Source: Pseudomonadales bacterium (GTDB taxonomy: Bacteria; Pseudomonadota; Gammaproteobacteria; Pseudomonadales; JAHRWD01). Taken from it: a stretch of 64,000 bases of DNA. The notes under the pieces were generated by a model, which did not search any database, was not told where the DNA came from, and saw nothing but the letters and a program-made list of their open reading frames with translations. Where the stretch lies: positions 390,812-454,811 of the forward strand of contig JARGPR010000001.1 of the NCBI GenBank assembly GCA_029210125.1, given 5' to 3'. Positions 10,612 through 21,447 of the stretch are shown one piece after another. Position 1 is the first letter of the stretch, and each line of letters starts with the position of its first letter. The position numbers were made by a program, and so were the translations under genes.

Positions 10612-11922
10612 TTATTGTACATTGTTGCGTCCAGCTCCCTTGGCAGCGTACAGCGCCTTGTCGGCAAGTTGGAGCAATTTATCTGGTTTTGAGCCGTGAT
10701 CCGGTCGAATGGTCGCCACTCCCAAACTTAAAGTAACGTATTGGTTTGTTTGGGATGCTCTGTTGGGAATCTCTAGGCTCAACACAGCCGCTCTTATTTT
10801 TTCCGCAATAATTACCGCGTTCTCGGCACCTGTTTTGGGTAGGACAAATACAAACTCTTCACCGCCGTATCGGGCCACCAGATCGGTAGGTCTCTTGATG
10901 GAGTTGTTTAGTGCCTTGGCAACTTTTTGCAGACAGTTGTCACCCTCCTGATGTCCGTAGGTATCGTTAAATCCTTTAAAGTGATCAATATCACAGAGAA
11001 TAATGCTGATTTCAGTCTGTTCTCTGGAGGCAAGCTTATGCTCTTTTACCAGTGATTCGTCGAAGTGACGTCTATTGTAAATGCCGGTTAATCCATCCTG
11101 ATACGAGAGAGCCGTAAGTGTTTCATTCACGGCCTGCAACGCTATTCGGGATTGTTCGAGTTCTTGTTCGTAGGCTTTGCGCTTTGTTATATCGCGGAAT
11201 ATCCCAATGTAGACTCCACCACTATTATCGGGCACAAAATTGATCGATATCTCACCAGTAAACCGTTCGCCGGATTTCCGGCGAAATTCGACTTCACGCA
11301 GCACTCCTAGCTGTTTTTGTATAACTTGAGTCAGATGTTGTTTGACTGAGCCAGGTTTAGCATATTTTTGCGTATCTCCCGACATTATACTTGCGTTCTT
11401 GCCAATCGCTTCGTTTTCGTCGAAGCCGAAAATTTTACAAGCGGACTGGTTAAGTGAAAGGATGGTGCCGTTAGAATCTAACATATAGATCCCTTCGGTA
11501 GAGGTGCTAAGAACGGCACTAAGTGTTTCGTTGGCGCGGAGAATTTCTCTGCGCATTTCGGCAATGCGTTCCAACCCTTTAATTTTGGCTTTGAGCTCAA
11601 TAAATTGTATCGGTTTTGTTAGATAAGCATCTCCACCCGCGTCGATGCCTTTTTTAATCAGTGTTTCCTCGGTACGGCCGCTGAGGTAGACGATAGGATG
11701 CCAATTACCATTTTCATTTGCGCGGATCTGTCTAGTGGTTTCAAAGCCATCTATTCCCGGAAGCTCAACATCCATAAGAATGAAGTCGACTTCGTTTTCT
11801 TTCAAATACTCGACCGCTTCTTTGCCTGTACTGAAAGAAATAACAAGATGGTTGTCGGCCTCTAACGTCTGGGTAAGTAGCATGCGTATAGATCGACTAT
11901 CTTCAACAATCATTATGTGCAT
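10612..11922 (-). CDS. Response regulator - PAS - GGDEF diguanylate cyclase
   Basis: Receiver domain (IVEDS ... FILMDVELPGIDG ... YLTKP), a PAS segment, then GGDEF with an intact GGEEF and an RxxD I-site (RPTD) five residues upstream. Confidence 0.85.
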   Translation of the reverse strand: MHIMIVEDSRSIRMLLTQTLEADNHLVISFSTGKEAVEYLKENEVDFILMDVELPGIDGFETTRQIRANENGNWHPIVYLSGRTEETLIKKGIDAGGDAYLTKPIQFIELKAKIKGLERIAEMRREILRANETLSAVLSTSTEGIYMLDSNGTILSLNQSACKIFGFDENEAIGKNASIMSGDTQKYAKPGSVKQHLTQVIQKQLGVLREVEFRRKSGERFTGEISINFVPDNSGGVYIGIFRDITKRKAYEQELEQSRIALQAVNETLTALSYQDGLTGIYNRRHFDESLVKEHKLASREQTEISIILCDIDHFKGFNDTYGHQEGDNCLQKVAKALNNSIKRPTDLVARYGGEEFVFVLPKTGAENAVIIAEKIRAAVLSLEIPNRASQTNQYVTLSLGVATIRPDHGSKPDKLLQLADKALYAAKGAGRNNVQ

Positions 11923-12071
11923 TGGGTTTTGTTCTGTGCTAATCCGCTCGTGTAAGATTAAGGGGCAGTTATGGCTAAAACAGGTTGATAGAAATACTCA
12001 TGTGGGAAAAACCTGCGTATAATCACCCGGTTATAATTCTTAAAGTGTAATTCAATTAGGAGATTTGTCGA

Positions 12072-12497
12072 ATGGCTATACAGCGTACCTTTTCAATCGT
12101 AAAACCCGATGCAGTGGCTAAGAACGTGATCGGTGAAATTTACAGTCGTTTTGAGAAGGCTGGTTTAAAAATTGTCGCTTCAAAAATGCTTCATCTTGAT
12201 GATGCAAAAGCGGGTGGTTTTTATGCTGAGCACAAAGAACGTCCTTTCTTCAAAGACCTGGTTGAATTCATGACCTCCGGTCCTGTAATGGTTCAGGTTT
12301 TAGAGGGTGAAAATGCTATTGCAGCAAACCGTGATCTGATGGGTGCAACCAATCCTAAGGAAGCAGATGCGGGCACCATCCGTGCAGATTTCGCTGAATC
12401 TATCGACGCGAACGCGGTTCACGGTTCTGACTCTGAAACTTCTGCGGAACGTGAGATCAGCTATTTTTTTAGCGAAGACGAAATCTGCCCACGTTAA
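12072..12497 (+). CDS. ndk: Nucleoside-diphosphate kinase
   Basis: 141 aa. [15 protein letters not shown] is present, with the active-site His in NAVHGSDS. Confidence 0.97.
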   Translation: MAIQRTFSIVKPDAVAKNVIGEIYSRFEKAGLKIVASKMLHLDDAKAGGFYAEHKERPFFKDLVEFMTSGPVMVQVLEGENAIAANRDLMGATNPKEADAGTIRADFAESIDANAVHGSDSETSAEREISYFFSEDEICPR

Positions 12498-12510
12498 TCT
12501 GGTAAATTCA

Positions 12511-13740
12511 GTGTCCAACAGCACCTCAAACAACTTGATTGCAGATAGTAACGTTGAGTCCTCGGTGATAACCTCCGGTTCGCGTATCAATCTTCTCGGT
12601 ATGTCCCAGGCAAAACTGATGCAGTTTTTCCAGGAACTTGGGGAAAAATCGTTTCGTGCCCAACAAGTGATGAAGTGGATCCATCACGAAGGTGTGCAGA
12701 GCTTCGAGGAGATGACCAATCTCAGTAAAGCGCTGCGAGCCAGGTTGAACGAGTGTGCTGAAGTTCGTGAGCCTGAAGTCGCGTTTGAAAAAATATCTAA
12801 AGATGGTACCCGCAAATGGCTAGTGCGGGTCGACAATGGCAGTTGTGTCGAAACTGTTTTCATCCCTCAGGGTAAGCGAGGTACCTTGTGTATCTCCTCG
12901 CAGGTGGGCTGTGCACTGGATTGTTCATTTTGTTCAACTGGAAAACAGGGCTTTTCGGCCAATCTGAGTGCTGCTGAAATTGTTGGTCAGGTACGGATGG
13001 CTATTCGTTCTTTAAAGGAGACCGAACCTGACCGTGAACGGGCCGTTTCGAATGTTGTCTTTATGGGTATGGGTGAGCCATTACTGAACTTCGATAATGT
13101 AGTGGATGCAGTTTCGCTGATTATGGATGACCTTGGTTACGGAATATCCAAACGTCGCGTTACTCTAAGTACCGCGGGGGTTGTACCAGCGATATATGAG
13201 TTAGCCAAAGTCTCCGATGTATCCCTGGCTGTGTCGCTACATGCGCCCACCGATGAGCTACGCAATGAGCTGGTTCCGATCAACCGTAAATACCCTATTG
13301 CACAGTTGATAGAAGCCTGTCAGCACTATCTGGATGGTCTTGGCGAACATCGTGCAATTACTATCGAGTACACTTTGATCGACGGTATCAATGATCAACC
13401 TGAACATGCCAGACAACTTGCTGAGTTGCTAAAAGGTCTAGAGTGTAAGATAAATTTGATCCCATTTAATCCATTTCCAGGCAGTGATTACAAAAAGGTT
13501 TCAGATGCCAACCTTGAGCAGTTTCAGCAAATTTTATACAAAAGAGATTGTCGCATAATGGTGAGAACCACCCGTGGAGAAGATATTGATGCGGCTTGCG
13601 GCCAGTTGGTTGGTCAGGTTAATGATCGCACCGGTAGAAGTGCACGGCACCAGCGGCGTCTGGAGGCGAAGAAGGTTCAAGTTATGCCATTGGCAAATGA
13701 TGGTTTCAGTTCCTCAAGCAAAGGGAAGCACATACAGTGA
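12511..13740 (+). CDS. rlmN: 23S rRNA/tRNA m2A methyltransferase RlmN (radical SAM)
   Basis: [34 protein letters not shown] is the RlmN N-terminal region. The radical-SAM motif is [11 protein letters not shown]. The ORF-track start at 12343 lies inside ndk and is an artefact. I chose the in-frame GTG at 12511, just after the ndk stop. TTG 12535 and GTG 12565 are alternatives. Confidence 0.88.
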   Translation: MSNSTSNNLIADSNVESSVITSGSRINLLGMSQAKLMQFFQELGEKSFRAQQVMKWIHHEGVQSFEEMTNLSKALRARLNECAEVREPEVAFEKISKDGTRKWLVRVDNGSCVETVFIPQGKRGTLCISSQVGCALDCSFCSTGKQGFSANLSAAEIVGQVRMAIRSLKETEPDRERAVSNVVFMGMGEPLLNFDNVVDAVSLIMDDLGYGISKRRVTLSTAGVVPAIYELAKVSDVSLAVSLHAPTDELRNELVPINRKYPIAQLIEACQHYLDGLGEHRAITIEYTLIDGINDQPEHARQLAELLKGLECKINLIPFNPFPGSDYKKVSDANLEQFQQILYKRDCRIMVRTTRGEDIDAACGQLVGQVNDRTGRSARHQRRLEAKKVQVMPLANDGFSSSSKGKHIQ

Positions 13741-14543
13741 AAGAGTTGTATAACAAGGTAGTTGTAGCTCTGGTTTTTGTGTTGCTTAGCTCTTGCGTGA
13801 CCACCGAAGAGCAAGTATTTAACGTCGAAACTTCTGATCAGCAGGCAATTCAGGCATACGTTGATTTAGCGCTTCGATATATGAGCGAAGGACTGATGGA
13901 AGAGGCTAAACGACCTTTGAAATTAGCCAGGAAAATTGATGACGAATCACCACTTATATATGCGGCGACAGCTTACCTAATGCAGAAGCAGGGTGATTCA
14001 GAACTTGCAGAACAGAATTTTTTAAAAGCGCTGGATCTTGATCCTGATTTCCAGGCAGCGAGGAACAATTACGGTGCGTTCTTATATCAACAGCAACGGT
14101 ACCAGGACGCACATGACGTATTTAAGTTAGTAGCGGAGGATCCGCTTTATCCGCGACGTTTTTTTGCTTATGAAAACTTGGGGTTTTGCGCTGTTAAACT
14201 GAATGAAGTAGAGCTGGCGGAAGGTTATTTTAAAAAAGCGTTATTGCTGAATGGAAATTTGTTTCGCTCGGTCATTGCGCTAGCAGAGATCGAATATGGG
14301 AAGCGCAACTATTTTGCTGCCCAAAAGTACCTGGATCAGTATCAAGCGATCAGAATGTTGAATAAAATGCCCAATACCGCTCAGGTGTTATGGCTTCAAT
14401 TACGTCTGGCTATAGCCAAGGGAGATAGAGTCGAACAGATGAAGAACGTACGCGTGCTCAGTACCGAATTTCCCGATAGTGAAGAGTATCAGTCGTATCT
14501 ACGTTCCCTGGGTGACTCGGCTAGTCGAGCTTTCAATTTATGA
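13737..14543 (+). CDS. pilW: TPR lipoprotein, type IV pilus biogenesis/stability protein PilW (PilF)-like
   Basis: Lipobox LLSSC and several TPR repeats. It holds the conserved position after rlmN. The GTG start overlaps the rlmN stop (GTGA), and its stop overlaps the ispG start (ATGA). Confidence 0.7.
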   Translation: MKELYNKVVVALVFVLLSSCVTTEEQVFNVETSDQQAIQAYVDLALRYMSEGLMEEAKRPLKLARKIDDESPLIYAATAYLMQKQGDSELAEQNFLKALDLDPDFQAARNNYGAFLYQQQRYQDAHDVFKLVAEDPLYPRRFFAYENLGFCAVKLNEVELAEGYFKKALLLNGNLFRSVIALAEIEYGKRNYFAAQKYLDQYQAIRMLNKMPNTAQVLWLQLRLAIAKGDRVEQMKNVRVLSTEFPDSEEYQSYLRSLGDSASRAFNL

Positions 14544-15658
14544 CGATTCATGGAGAAAACCCAATTCAGCGGCGAAAATCTCGGCAGATATCGGTAGGCA
14601 ATGTACTGGTCGGGGGTGATGCGCCTATTTCAGTTCAAAGTATGACCAATACTGAAACCTGTGATGTTGGAGCGACAGTGGCCCAGATACGTCGGCTAGA
14701 GGAAGCTGGCGTCGATATCGTAAGAATCTCAGTACCTACCATGGAGGCTGCTGAAGCATTTAAAAAAATCCGTGAACAGATCGAAACGCCGCTGGTGGCG
14801 GATATTCACTTTGATTACAAGATCGCCCTTAAAGTGGCTGGATACGGGGTGGATTGCCTACGCATTAATCCTGGCAATATCGGAAAAGAAGAAAAGATAA
14901 GGCAGGTAATCGAAGCGGCCAGGGATAACGGTATACCAATTCGTATCGGTGTGAACGCGGGATCCCTTGAAAAAGAGCTACAACGAAAATATGGAGAGCC
15001 AACGCCGGCAGCGCTGGTAGAGTCGGCCTTTCGACATATTGATATCCTTGATCGTATGGATTTTCAGGAATTCAAATTAAGCCTCAAAGCGTCAGATGTT
15101 TTTATGACCGTTGAAGCCTATCGGCAGATCGCCAGCCAGATTGATCAACCACTGCATTTAGGTATTACCGAAGCGGGTGGTCTGCGGGCCGGCACGGTTA
15201 AATCATCAGTTGGCCTTGGTATGCTGCTGATGGATGGCATTGGCGATACGGTGCGGGTTTCGCTGGCAGCAGATCCGGTGGAGGAGGTAAAGGTAGGCTT
15301 TGATATTTTAAAAAGCCTTAAACTTCGAAATAAAGGGATCAATCTTGTCGCCTGCCCCAGTTGCTCGCGGCAAAACTTTGATGTGATTTCGGTGATCAAT
15401 GAGCTTGAAAGCCGCCTTGAAGATGTCTTAACCCCGGTGGATGTCGCGGTGATTGGCTGCATCGTAAATGGTCCCGGTGAAGCCCGTGAAGCTGACATTG
15501 GTCTGACCGGAGCAAGCCCCAGCAATATGATGTTTATTGATGGCAAACCGGACCATAAGGTCAACAACGAAAATCTGGTGGATGAAATGGAGCTGGCGAT
15601 TCGTAAGCGCGTTGCTGAAAAACAGGCGCGTGAAGAAAATATCATCGCCAAATCCTGA
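14540..15658 (+). CDS. ispG: 4-hydroxy-3-methylbut-2-en-1-yl diphosphate synthase
   Basis: 372 aa. [31 protein letters not shown] parallels E. coli IspG. Fe-S cysteines are in ACPSCSR. Confidence 0.95.
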   Translation: MTIHGENPIQRRKSRQISVGNVLVGGDAPISVQSMTNTETCDVGATVAQIRRLEEAGVDIVRISVPTMEAAEAFKKIREQIETPLVADIHFDYKIALKVAGYGVDCLRINPGNIGKEEKIRQVIEAARDNGIPIRIGVNAGSLEKELQRKYGEPTPAALVESAFRHIDILDRMDFQEFKLSLKASDVFMTVEAYRQIASQIDQPLHLGITEAGGLRAGTVKSSVGLGMLLMDGIGDTVRVSLAADPVEEVKVGFDILKSLKLRNKGINLVACPSCSRQNFDVISVINELESRLEDVLTPVDVAVIGCIVNGPGEAREADIGLTGASPSNMMFIDGKPDHKVNNENLVDEMELAIRKRVAEKQAREENIIAKS

Positions 15659-15710
15659 TTTAGAAAATTAAAACTACTAGTGAAAATATCCTAATTTTGA
15701 GGAAAGCTGA

Positions 15711-16991
15711 TTGAAAACGATTAAGGCCATTCGTGGTATGAATGACCTGCTGCCGAAGCAGACAGTGGTTTGGCAATATCTGGAAGCTGAAATACGGGCG
15801 TTGCTGAATGGCTATGGCTATCAGGAGATCCGTATGCCCGTCGTCGAATACACCGACCTGTTCAAACGTTCGATCGGAGAGGTGACGGATATCGTTGAAA
15901 AGGAGATGTATACCTTTAACGACCGCAACAATGAATCCCTGACCCTTCGGCCAGAGGGTACAGCGGGGTGTGTTCGTGCCGGTGAGCAACACGGCTTGTT
16001 TTATAATCAGGTGCAGCGTCTTTGGTATGCTGGCCCGATGTTCCGATACGAGCGTCCACAGAAAGGTCGTTACCGACAATTTCACCAAATAGGCGTTGAA
16101 GTATTTGGCTTGGATGGTCCAGACATAGATGCTGAATTGTTATTGATGACTGCACGTTTGTGGCGCCGATTAGGGCTCAGTGATGCGGTGATCCTACAGC
16201 TTAATACTCTCGGTAATAGTGAAAGCCGGAACCGATTTAAGATCGCGCTGGTCGAATACCTGACGCAACATAAAGAACAGCTAGATGAGGATAGCCAGCG
16301 CCGGCTTGACTCAAACCCACTGCGTATACTCGATAGCAAAAGCAGTCAAACCCAGCAATTACTGGATGGCGCCCCTAAACTGATCGACTTTTTGGATAAC
16401 GAGTCCCTCCAGCACTTTGAACAGCTCAAAAATTTGTTGGACCAGGCCGGTATTCAGTACCAGGTGAATCCGCGACTAGTACGTGGATTGGATTATTATG
16501 GAAAAACCGTTTTTGAATGGGTCACCGATCAGCTGGGAGCCCAGGGCACTGTTTGTGCGGGTGGTCGCTATAACGGTTTGGTTGAGCAGCTTGGTGGCAG
16601 GACTACACCAGCGGTTGGTTTTGCAATGGGCATTGAGCGACTGATTTTATTGCTTGAGACCTGTGGAGTGATTCCTGAAACGGTTTCAAATGATGCTGAT
16701 ATCTATCTAATGACGCCGGCGGATGGGGCTCAATCAAGAGGGTTTGAGATTGCCGAAATGCTGCGAGAAACCTTTCCGTCATTGCGGGTAGTTTGTCACT
16801 GTGGTGGTGGGAATTTCAAAAGGCAAATGAAGCGAGCTGTCGATAGCAAAGCCTCATATGCACTGATTTTAGGTTCGGAAGAGATTGAAAGCGGCGAAAT
16901 ATCGGTAAAAGCACTAGAGGGTAAGCATCCGCAGCAGCGTTTGAGCAAAGATGGCCTCGTGGATTTTATACGACAAGAATATAGCGCCTAA
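15711..16991 (+). CDS. hisS: Histidine--tRNA ligase
   Basis: TTG start with GAGGA 7 nt upstream. [12 protein letters not shown] and [16 protein letters not shown] are class II aaRS motifs. Confidence 0.95.
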   Translation: MKTIKAIRGMNDLLPKQTVVWQYLEAEIRALLNGYGYQEIRMPVVEYTDLFKRSIGEVTDIVEKEMYTFNDRNNESLTLRPEGTAGCVRAGEQHGLFYNQVQRLWYAGPMFRYERPQKGRYRQFHQIGVEVFGLDGPDIDAELLLMTARLWRRLGLSDAVILQLNTLGNSESRNRFKIALVEYLTQHKEQLDEDSQRRLDSNPLRILDSKSSQTQQLLDGAPKLIDFLDNESLQHFEQLKNLLDQAGIQYQVNPRLVRGLDYYGKTVFEWVTDQLGAQGTVCAGGRYNGLVEQLGGRTTPAVGFAMGIERLILLLETCGVIPETVSNDADIYLMTPADGAQSRGFEIAEMLRETFPSLRVVCHCGGGNFKRQMKRAVDSKASYALILGSEEIESGEISVKALEGKHPQQRLSKDGLVDFIRQEYSA

Positions 16992-17050
16992 GGGTTAGTC
17001 CTTTGGCTAAAAACAAAGAAGGCTGTAGTGGCCTTGATTAGGAGTGATGA

Positions 17051-17713
17051 ATGGATACCTACCGTACCGAAGAAGAACAAGTAGAAGCCATTAAAAACTG
17101 GTGGAAGAGCAATGGCGTTAGCACAATAACCACTATCGCTGTAGCCATCGCGTTAGTGGTGGGTTGGCGCGGATGGCAGGACAGTCAGGTCGAAAATGCC
17201 GCCACTGCATCGTCGCTTTACCAGAACCTGTTTCAAATCCAGCAAAAGCTTGAGCAACAAGCTACCGAAGAAGATTTTGCGACGGCAGATCATCTGACTG
17301 GGCAGCTGAAAAGCGATTATGAAAGCAGCGCATATGCGCGCTACGCTGCCTTGTTAAAAGCAAAAAGAAGCGCAGAAAAGGGTGATATGGCAACCGCTGA
17401 AGCAGAACTTCAATGGGCGCTTGTTCGCACTGAAGGTGGGGTTTTGACTGATGAAGATCTACCCTTACGGGATCTGTTGCAGTTGCGTTTGGCAAAAATT
17501 TACCTCGCCCAGGAAAAGTTTGAGGATGCGCAGGCGGCGCTTAAAAAAGTGAACGCGAAGCAGTTTAAAGCTATAGGCCAGGAACTTGAGGGTGATATTT
17601 TTTATGCTCAGGGTGAGCTGGATCGTGCTAGAAAAAGTTACCAGCTGGCAATGGATAACGCTGACCGCATAGGTTCAACCGAAGTCCTAAGGATAAAAAT
17701 GAGCAATCTTTGA
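17051..17713 (+). CDS. YfgM-like membrane-anchored TPR protein (ancillary SecYEG-associated)
   Basis: N-terminal EEEQVEAIKNWWKSNG, followed by a single TM and a TPR-like periplasmic part. It holds the conserved position between hisS and bamB. Confidence 0.7.
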   Translation: MDTYRTEEEQVEAIKNWWKSNGVSTITTIAVAIALVVGWRGWQDSQVENAATASSLYQNLFQIQQKLEQQATEEDFATADHLTGQLKSDYESSAYARYAALLKAKRSAEKGDMATAEAELQWALVRTEGGVLTDEDLPLRDLLQLRLAKIYLAQEKFEDAQAALKKVNAKQFKAIGQELEGDIFYAQGELDRARKSYQLAMDNADRIGSTEVLRIKMSNL

Positions 17714-17809
17714 ACCTATTCATCGTATATTTCTATAAACAATAGTCACGTTCCAGATCCGTAGCAGCAGGCAGCGGCGAAACCATTACACCGGTACTTA
17801 CAGTTCACC

Positions 17810-18949
17810 ATGAATAGAGTCGTAATTTTAATATCCATATTTTTGCTTTTGCTAACGGGCTGTAGCTCTAGTGAAATCAAGGAGCTGGAACCCGCAGAGC
17901 TAAAAAGTATTGATTATTCCGTTGAACTTGAAGAGCTCTGGAGTTTTGGTGTAGGTGATCTGCGTGAACATGACGCAACACGTCTCCAGCCCGCGATTGA
18001 TGGCGATCAACTATTTGTTGTGGATGCCGCGGGTGATCTCTATGCGCTGGATAAAACCACAGGCAGAAAAAACTGGAAAATAGAACTAAAAAAAAATATT
18101 ACCGGTGGGATTTCAGCGGTAGATGGCAAGTTGGTAATAGGCACAGGGGAAAGCGAATTATTGTTGTTATCCCAATCTGATGGGCAAGTTATCTGGAATG
18201 TCGAACTTACAGAAGAAATTTTATCGCTACCGCAAATAGCTGGTGACCTGGTTGTAGTTCAGACTACCGGTGGCAAGTTGTATGGTATCGAGCTAGAAAG
18301 CGGTGAGCGTCGATGGGTTTATGGGGTCACGTTGCCGGCGCTCACGGTACGAGGTACTGCATCACCTATTAATCAGGGTGAGGTGTCTATTGCAGGGTTT
18401 AGTACCGGAAAAATAGCCATTATCGATAACGAAAAGGGCGGTTTGATCTGGGAAAAACCAGTCAGTCTACCGAAGGGAAAAACCGAACTGGAGCGAGTAG
18501 TCGACGTAGACAGCACTCCGTTGCTCAGAAATGATGTGATTTATGCAGCCTCTTACCAGGGGGAATTGACTGCGTTTCGACTGTATACCGCAAAAAAAAT
18601 ATGGAGTAAGTCTCTCTCTATTTTAAGTGATTTGGGTTGGGGCGAAGACCAGATTTTTGTCACGGACGTGCATTCAAAGGTATACGCGATTGATCCCTCC
18701 TCTGGGGCAACCACGTGGATCCAAAATGAATTACATCATAGAAAACTAACGGCCCCGACGGTTTGGAAGGACTATGTGTTGGTTGCTGATTTTGAAGGTT
18801 ATATTCATATTATTTCCAGGAGTAATGGTCAGTTGATTGGCCGGGAGAAGCCCGTATCGAACCCGGTCGGCTCACAGATTGTGGTCTCCAATGAAATAGT
18901 CTATTTAATAAGCGACGCTGGTCAGCTTATTGCGTTGGTTCAGAAATAG
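17810..18949 (+). CDS. bamB: Outer membrane protein assembly factor BamB
   Basis: Lipobox LLLTGCSS and repeated PQQ-like beta-propeller blades. Located upstream of der. Confidence 0.9.
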   Translation: MNRVVILISIFLLLLTGCSSSEIKELEPAELKSIDYSVELEELWSFGVGDLREHDATRLQPAIDGDQLFVVDAAGDLYALDKTTGRKNWKIELKKNITGGISAVDGKLVIGTGESELLLLSQSDGQVIWNVELTEEILSLPQIAGDLVVVQTTGGKLYGIELESGERRWVYGVTLPALTVRGTASPINQGEVSIAGFSTGKIAIIDNEKGGLIWEKPVSLPKGKTELERVVDVDSTPLLRNDVIYAASYQGELTAFRLYTAKKIWSKSLSILSDLGWGEDQIFVTDVHSKVYAIDPSSGATTWIQNELHHRKLTAPTVWKDYVLVADFEGYIHIISRSNGQLIGREKPVSNPVGSQIVVSNEIVYLISDAGQLIALVQK

Positions 18950-18951
18950 TC

Positions 18952-20346
18952 ATGTTGCCTGTTGTAGCCCTCGTAGGGCAACCAAATGTCGGAAAGTCGA
19001 CACTTTTCAATCGCATGACCGGTACCCGTGATGCATTGGTAGCGGACATTCCTGGCTTAACTCGTGATCGTCAGTATGGTGAAGTGATCGGTGATGATTA
19101 TCACTTTATTCTGATTGATACTGGTGGAATCAGTGGCGCGGAAGAGGGGATAGACTCAATGATGGCGGGCCAAACGCGTCTCGCTATTGAGGAAGCTGAT
19201 CTGGTCGTTTTCGTGGTTGATTGCCGTGCGGGGGTCGGAGCGGCAGACGAAATGGTTGCGCAATTCCTCCGTCAAAATAGCAAAAAAACATTGCTTGTAG
19301 GGAATAAGGTTGACGGCCAGGATGCTAATCAGGCAATCGCAGATTTTTATGGACTTGGCCTGGGCGCTGCTGTGCCAACCATTGCAGCGCATAATCATGG
19401 TATTGCAGACCTGATTGATGAGATCATCAATCAGCTTCCGGTCTTTGAGCCACAGTCAGAGGAGGATGACGGCAGTATCCGCATTGGTGTAGTTGGTCGT
19501 CCAAATGTCGGTAAATCGACGTTGGTAAATCGTCTGTTGGGTGAAGACCGGGTGGTGGTTTATGACATGCCAGGCACTACTCGGGATAGTATACATATTA
19601 AATATGAGCATGATGGTAAACCCTATACCCTGATTGATACCGCAGGCGTTCGCCGTCGCGGTAGCGTAAAAGGTATTATCGAAAAATTTTCGGTGGTCAA
19701 AACGCTGCAATCGATTCGCGATGCCAATATGGTGTTAATGCTGATGGATGCCCAGGAGGGTATTGTTGAGCAAGATCTTCACTTGCTCGATTTTGTACTT
19801 GAAGCGGGTCGATCATTGATCATTGTTATCAATAAATGGGATGGTCTTGATGAGTACCAGAAAAGCGAAGTCAGACGTCAAATTGATCGTCGGCTATTTT
19901 TTGTGGACTTTGCGGAAATAACCTTCATTTCAGCACTTCATGGTTCCGGTGTCGGAAAACTTTATCCGATTATTGATCGAACCTACGAGTCAGCAATGAC
20001 TCAGCTGCAAACCAATAAGCTCAACGGATTACTTGAACAGGCCGTTCACGAGCATGCACCACCCATGGTAAATGGCCGTCGTATCAAGTTGAGGTATGCG
20101 CATCCCGGCGGAGAAAACCCGCCAAGGATCATTATTCATGGTAACCAGACGGACAAAATGCCCTCTGATTACACACGCTATCTGCAAAATTTTTTCCGTA
20201 AAAAGCTCGAATTAAAGGGCACCCCTATTCGTATAGAGTTTAGATCGGGTGACAACCCCTTTGAAGGCAGACGTAACAAACTCACAGCGCGGCAAGTCAG
20301 TAAAAAACGTCGCCTGATGAAGCATGTCAAAAAGAAAAAACGCTAA
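18952..20346 (+). CDS. der: Ribosome biogenesis GTPase Der (EngA)
   Basis: Two tandem G domains (GQPNVGKST and GRPNVGKST, DTGG/DTAG, NKVD/NKWD) and a basic C-terminal tail. Confidence 0.95.
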   Translation: MLPVVALVGQPNVGKSTLFNRMTGTRDALVADIPGLTRDRQYGEVIGDDYHFILIDTGGISGAEEGIDSMMAGQTRLAIEEADLVVFVVDCRAGVGAADEMVAQFLRQNSKKTLLVGNKVDGQDANQAIADFYGLGLGAAVPTIAAHNHGIADLIDEIINQLPVFEPQSEEDDGSIRIGVVGRPNVGKSTLVNRLLGEDRVVVYDMPGTTRDSIHIKYEHDGKPYTLIDTAGVRRRGSVKGIIEKFSVVKTLQSIRDANMVLMLMDAQEGIVEQDLHLLDFVLEAGRSLIIVINKWDGLDEYQKSEVRRQIDRRLFFVDFAEITFISALHGSGVGKLYPIIDRTYESAMTQLQTNKLNGLLEQAVHEHAPPMVNGRRIKLRYAHPGGENPPRIIIHGNQTDKMPSDYTRYLQNFFRKKLELKGTPIRIEFRSGDNPFEGRRNKLTARQVSKKRRLMKHVKKKKR

Positions 20347-20378
20347 ATAGAAGAAACATCAAAACGAGGCTGATACTT

Positions 20379-21260
20379 ATGCATACACCTGCAAATAGGC
20401 CAGAGTGGTTTGAAAAGGCAATCGCAACGCCTTCGGAGGATCGCTTTGTGGAGATTGAAGGGTGTGCAATTCACTATCAGCTTTGGGGTAATCCGGAAAA
20501 TCCATGTATCGTATTTATTCATGGATTCAGTGCCCATAGTCATTGGTGGGATTTCATCGCCCCGCTAGTAGCTGAACAGCAATATTGTGTTGCTGCGATG
20601 GACTTTAGCGGATCTGGTGATAGTGGGCATCGTGATGCATACAGTCGTGAGCTATATGCTCAGGAAGTTCTTGGAGTTGCCGAGGACGCGGGTTTTGTTA
20701 AACCGTTCTATATCGTTGGTCATAGCTTCGGCGGTGGTATTACCGTTAAGACAGCGGCACTATTTGGTGGCCAGATTGCGGGAATCATTCTAGCGGATTC
20801 CAGCGTGGTTAAACTACCAGGGCATCAACCAGGGCGTCGTACCATAGGTGCGTTGCCGGTGCAGGTTTATCCTGACCAGGAAACCGCTATTCGGAGGTTT
20901 AGAATAATTCCTCCTCAGCCAGTGGTAAACGATTATATCGTGGATTATATAGCGGCCCACTCTAGCAAACCCGTTGAAGGTGGCGTCGTCTGGAAAGCGG
21001 ACCCTAAGTTATTGGGTAAATTCAAAAGCGAAGATTTGACGGACGATCTGATTGGATTGAAATGTAAAGTTGGCGTGATATACGGTGAAAAAAGTAATAC
21101 CTTTGGCGACGAATTGAGGGAATATATCGCCTATATCTTGCCAGCTGGGACTCCATTTAAGGTCATTTCAGGTGCTTTCCATCACCTTTTTTTGGATAAC
21201 CCACTGGAATTTGTCGAAGAGTTAACCCATATGTTGAATGGGTTTGTCGAAGAGGCTTAA
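20379..21260 (+). CDS. Alpha/beta hydrolase fold protein
   Basis: 293 aa. It has the HGFSAHS oxyanion-region motif and the nucleophile elbow GHSFGG. The substrate is unknown. Confidence 0.75.
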   Translation: MHTPANRPEWFEKAIATPSEDRFVEIEGCAIHYQLWGNPENPCIVFIHGFSAHSHWWDFIAPLVAEQQYCVAAMDFSGSGDSGHRDAYSRELYAQEVLGVAEDAGFVKPFYIVGHSFGGGITVKTAALFGGQIAGIILADSSVVKLPGHQPGRRTIGALPVQVYPDQETAIRRFRIIPPQPVVNDYIVDYIAAHSSKPVEGGVVWKADPKLLGKFKSEDLTDDLIGLKCKVGVIYGEKSNTFGDELREYIAYILPAGTPFKVISGAFHHLFLDNPLEFVEELTHMLNGFVEEA

Positions 21261-21360
21261 GCAGGGGATCAAACCATACCTATCGTTATGTCGATACTAC
21301 GGAGCGGAGCTTAGTCTTTAAAGTTCTCTATATTTTTTAAATATATACGCGGGCAAGCCT

Positions 21361-21390
21361 AAAAAAACCGTGCCCTCAACTAGAGGGCAC
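21361..21390 (-). terminator. Rho-independent terminator downstream of the globin gene
   Basis: Perfect 8-bp stem GTGCCCTC (21370-21377) / GAGGGCAC (21383-21390) with a 5-nt loop. On the minus strand it is followed by GG and a U7 run (A7 at 21361-21367 on plus). It lies 58 nt after the globin stop. Confidence 0.6.
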
Positions 21391-21447
21391 AAATCGAGCG
21401 GCTATCTTGAGCCTTGCAATAACTTGCAGCGCAGTTTTAACCTGACG

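Noticed and set aside
12343-12510. The ORF-track version of rlmN starts at 12343, giving a 465-aa protein that overlaps the last 155 nt of ndk.
   Set aside because: The extra N-terminal residues have no RlmN-like character and lie in an alternative frame of ndk. The conserved RlmN N-terminal block (INLLG...[12 protein letters not shown]) begins after the ndk stop. I treat this as a stop-free artefact.
20343-20543. A 66-aa minus-strand ORF overlapping the start of the alpha/beta hydrolase gene and the der stop.
   Set aside because: It overlaps two well-supported genes on the opposite strand and has no recognisable features.
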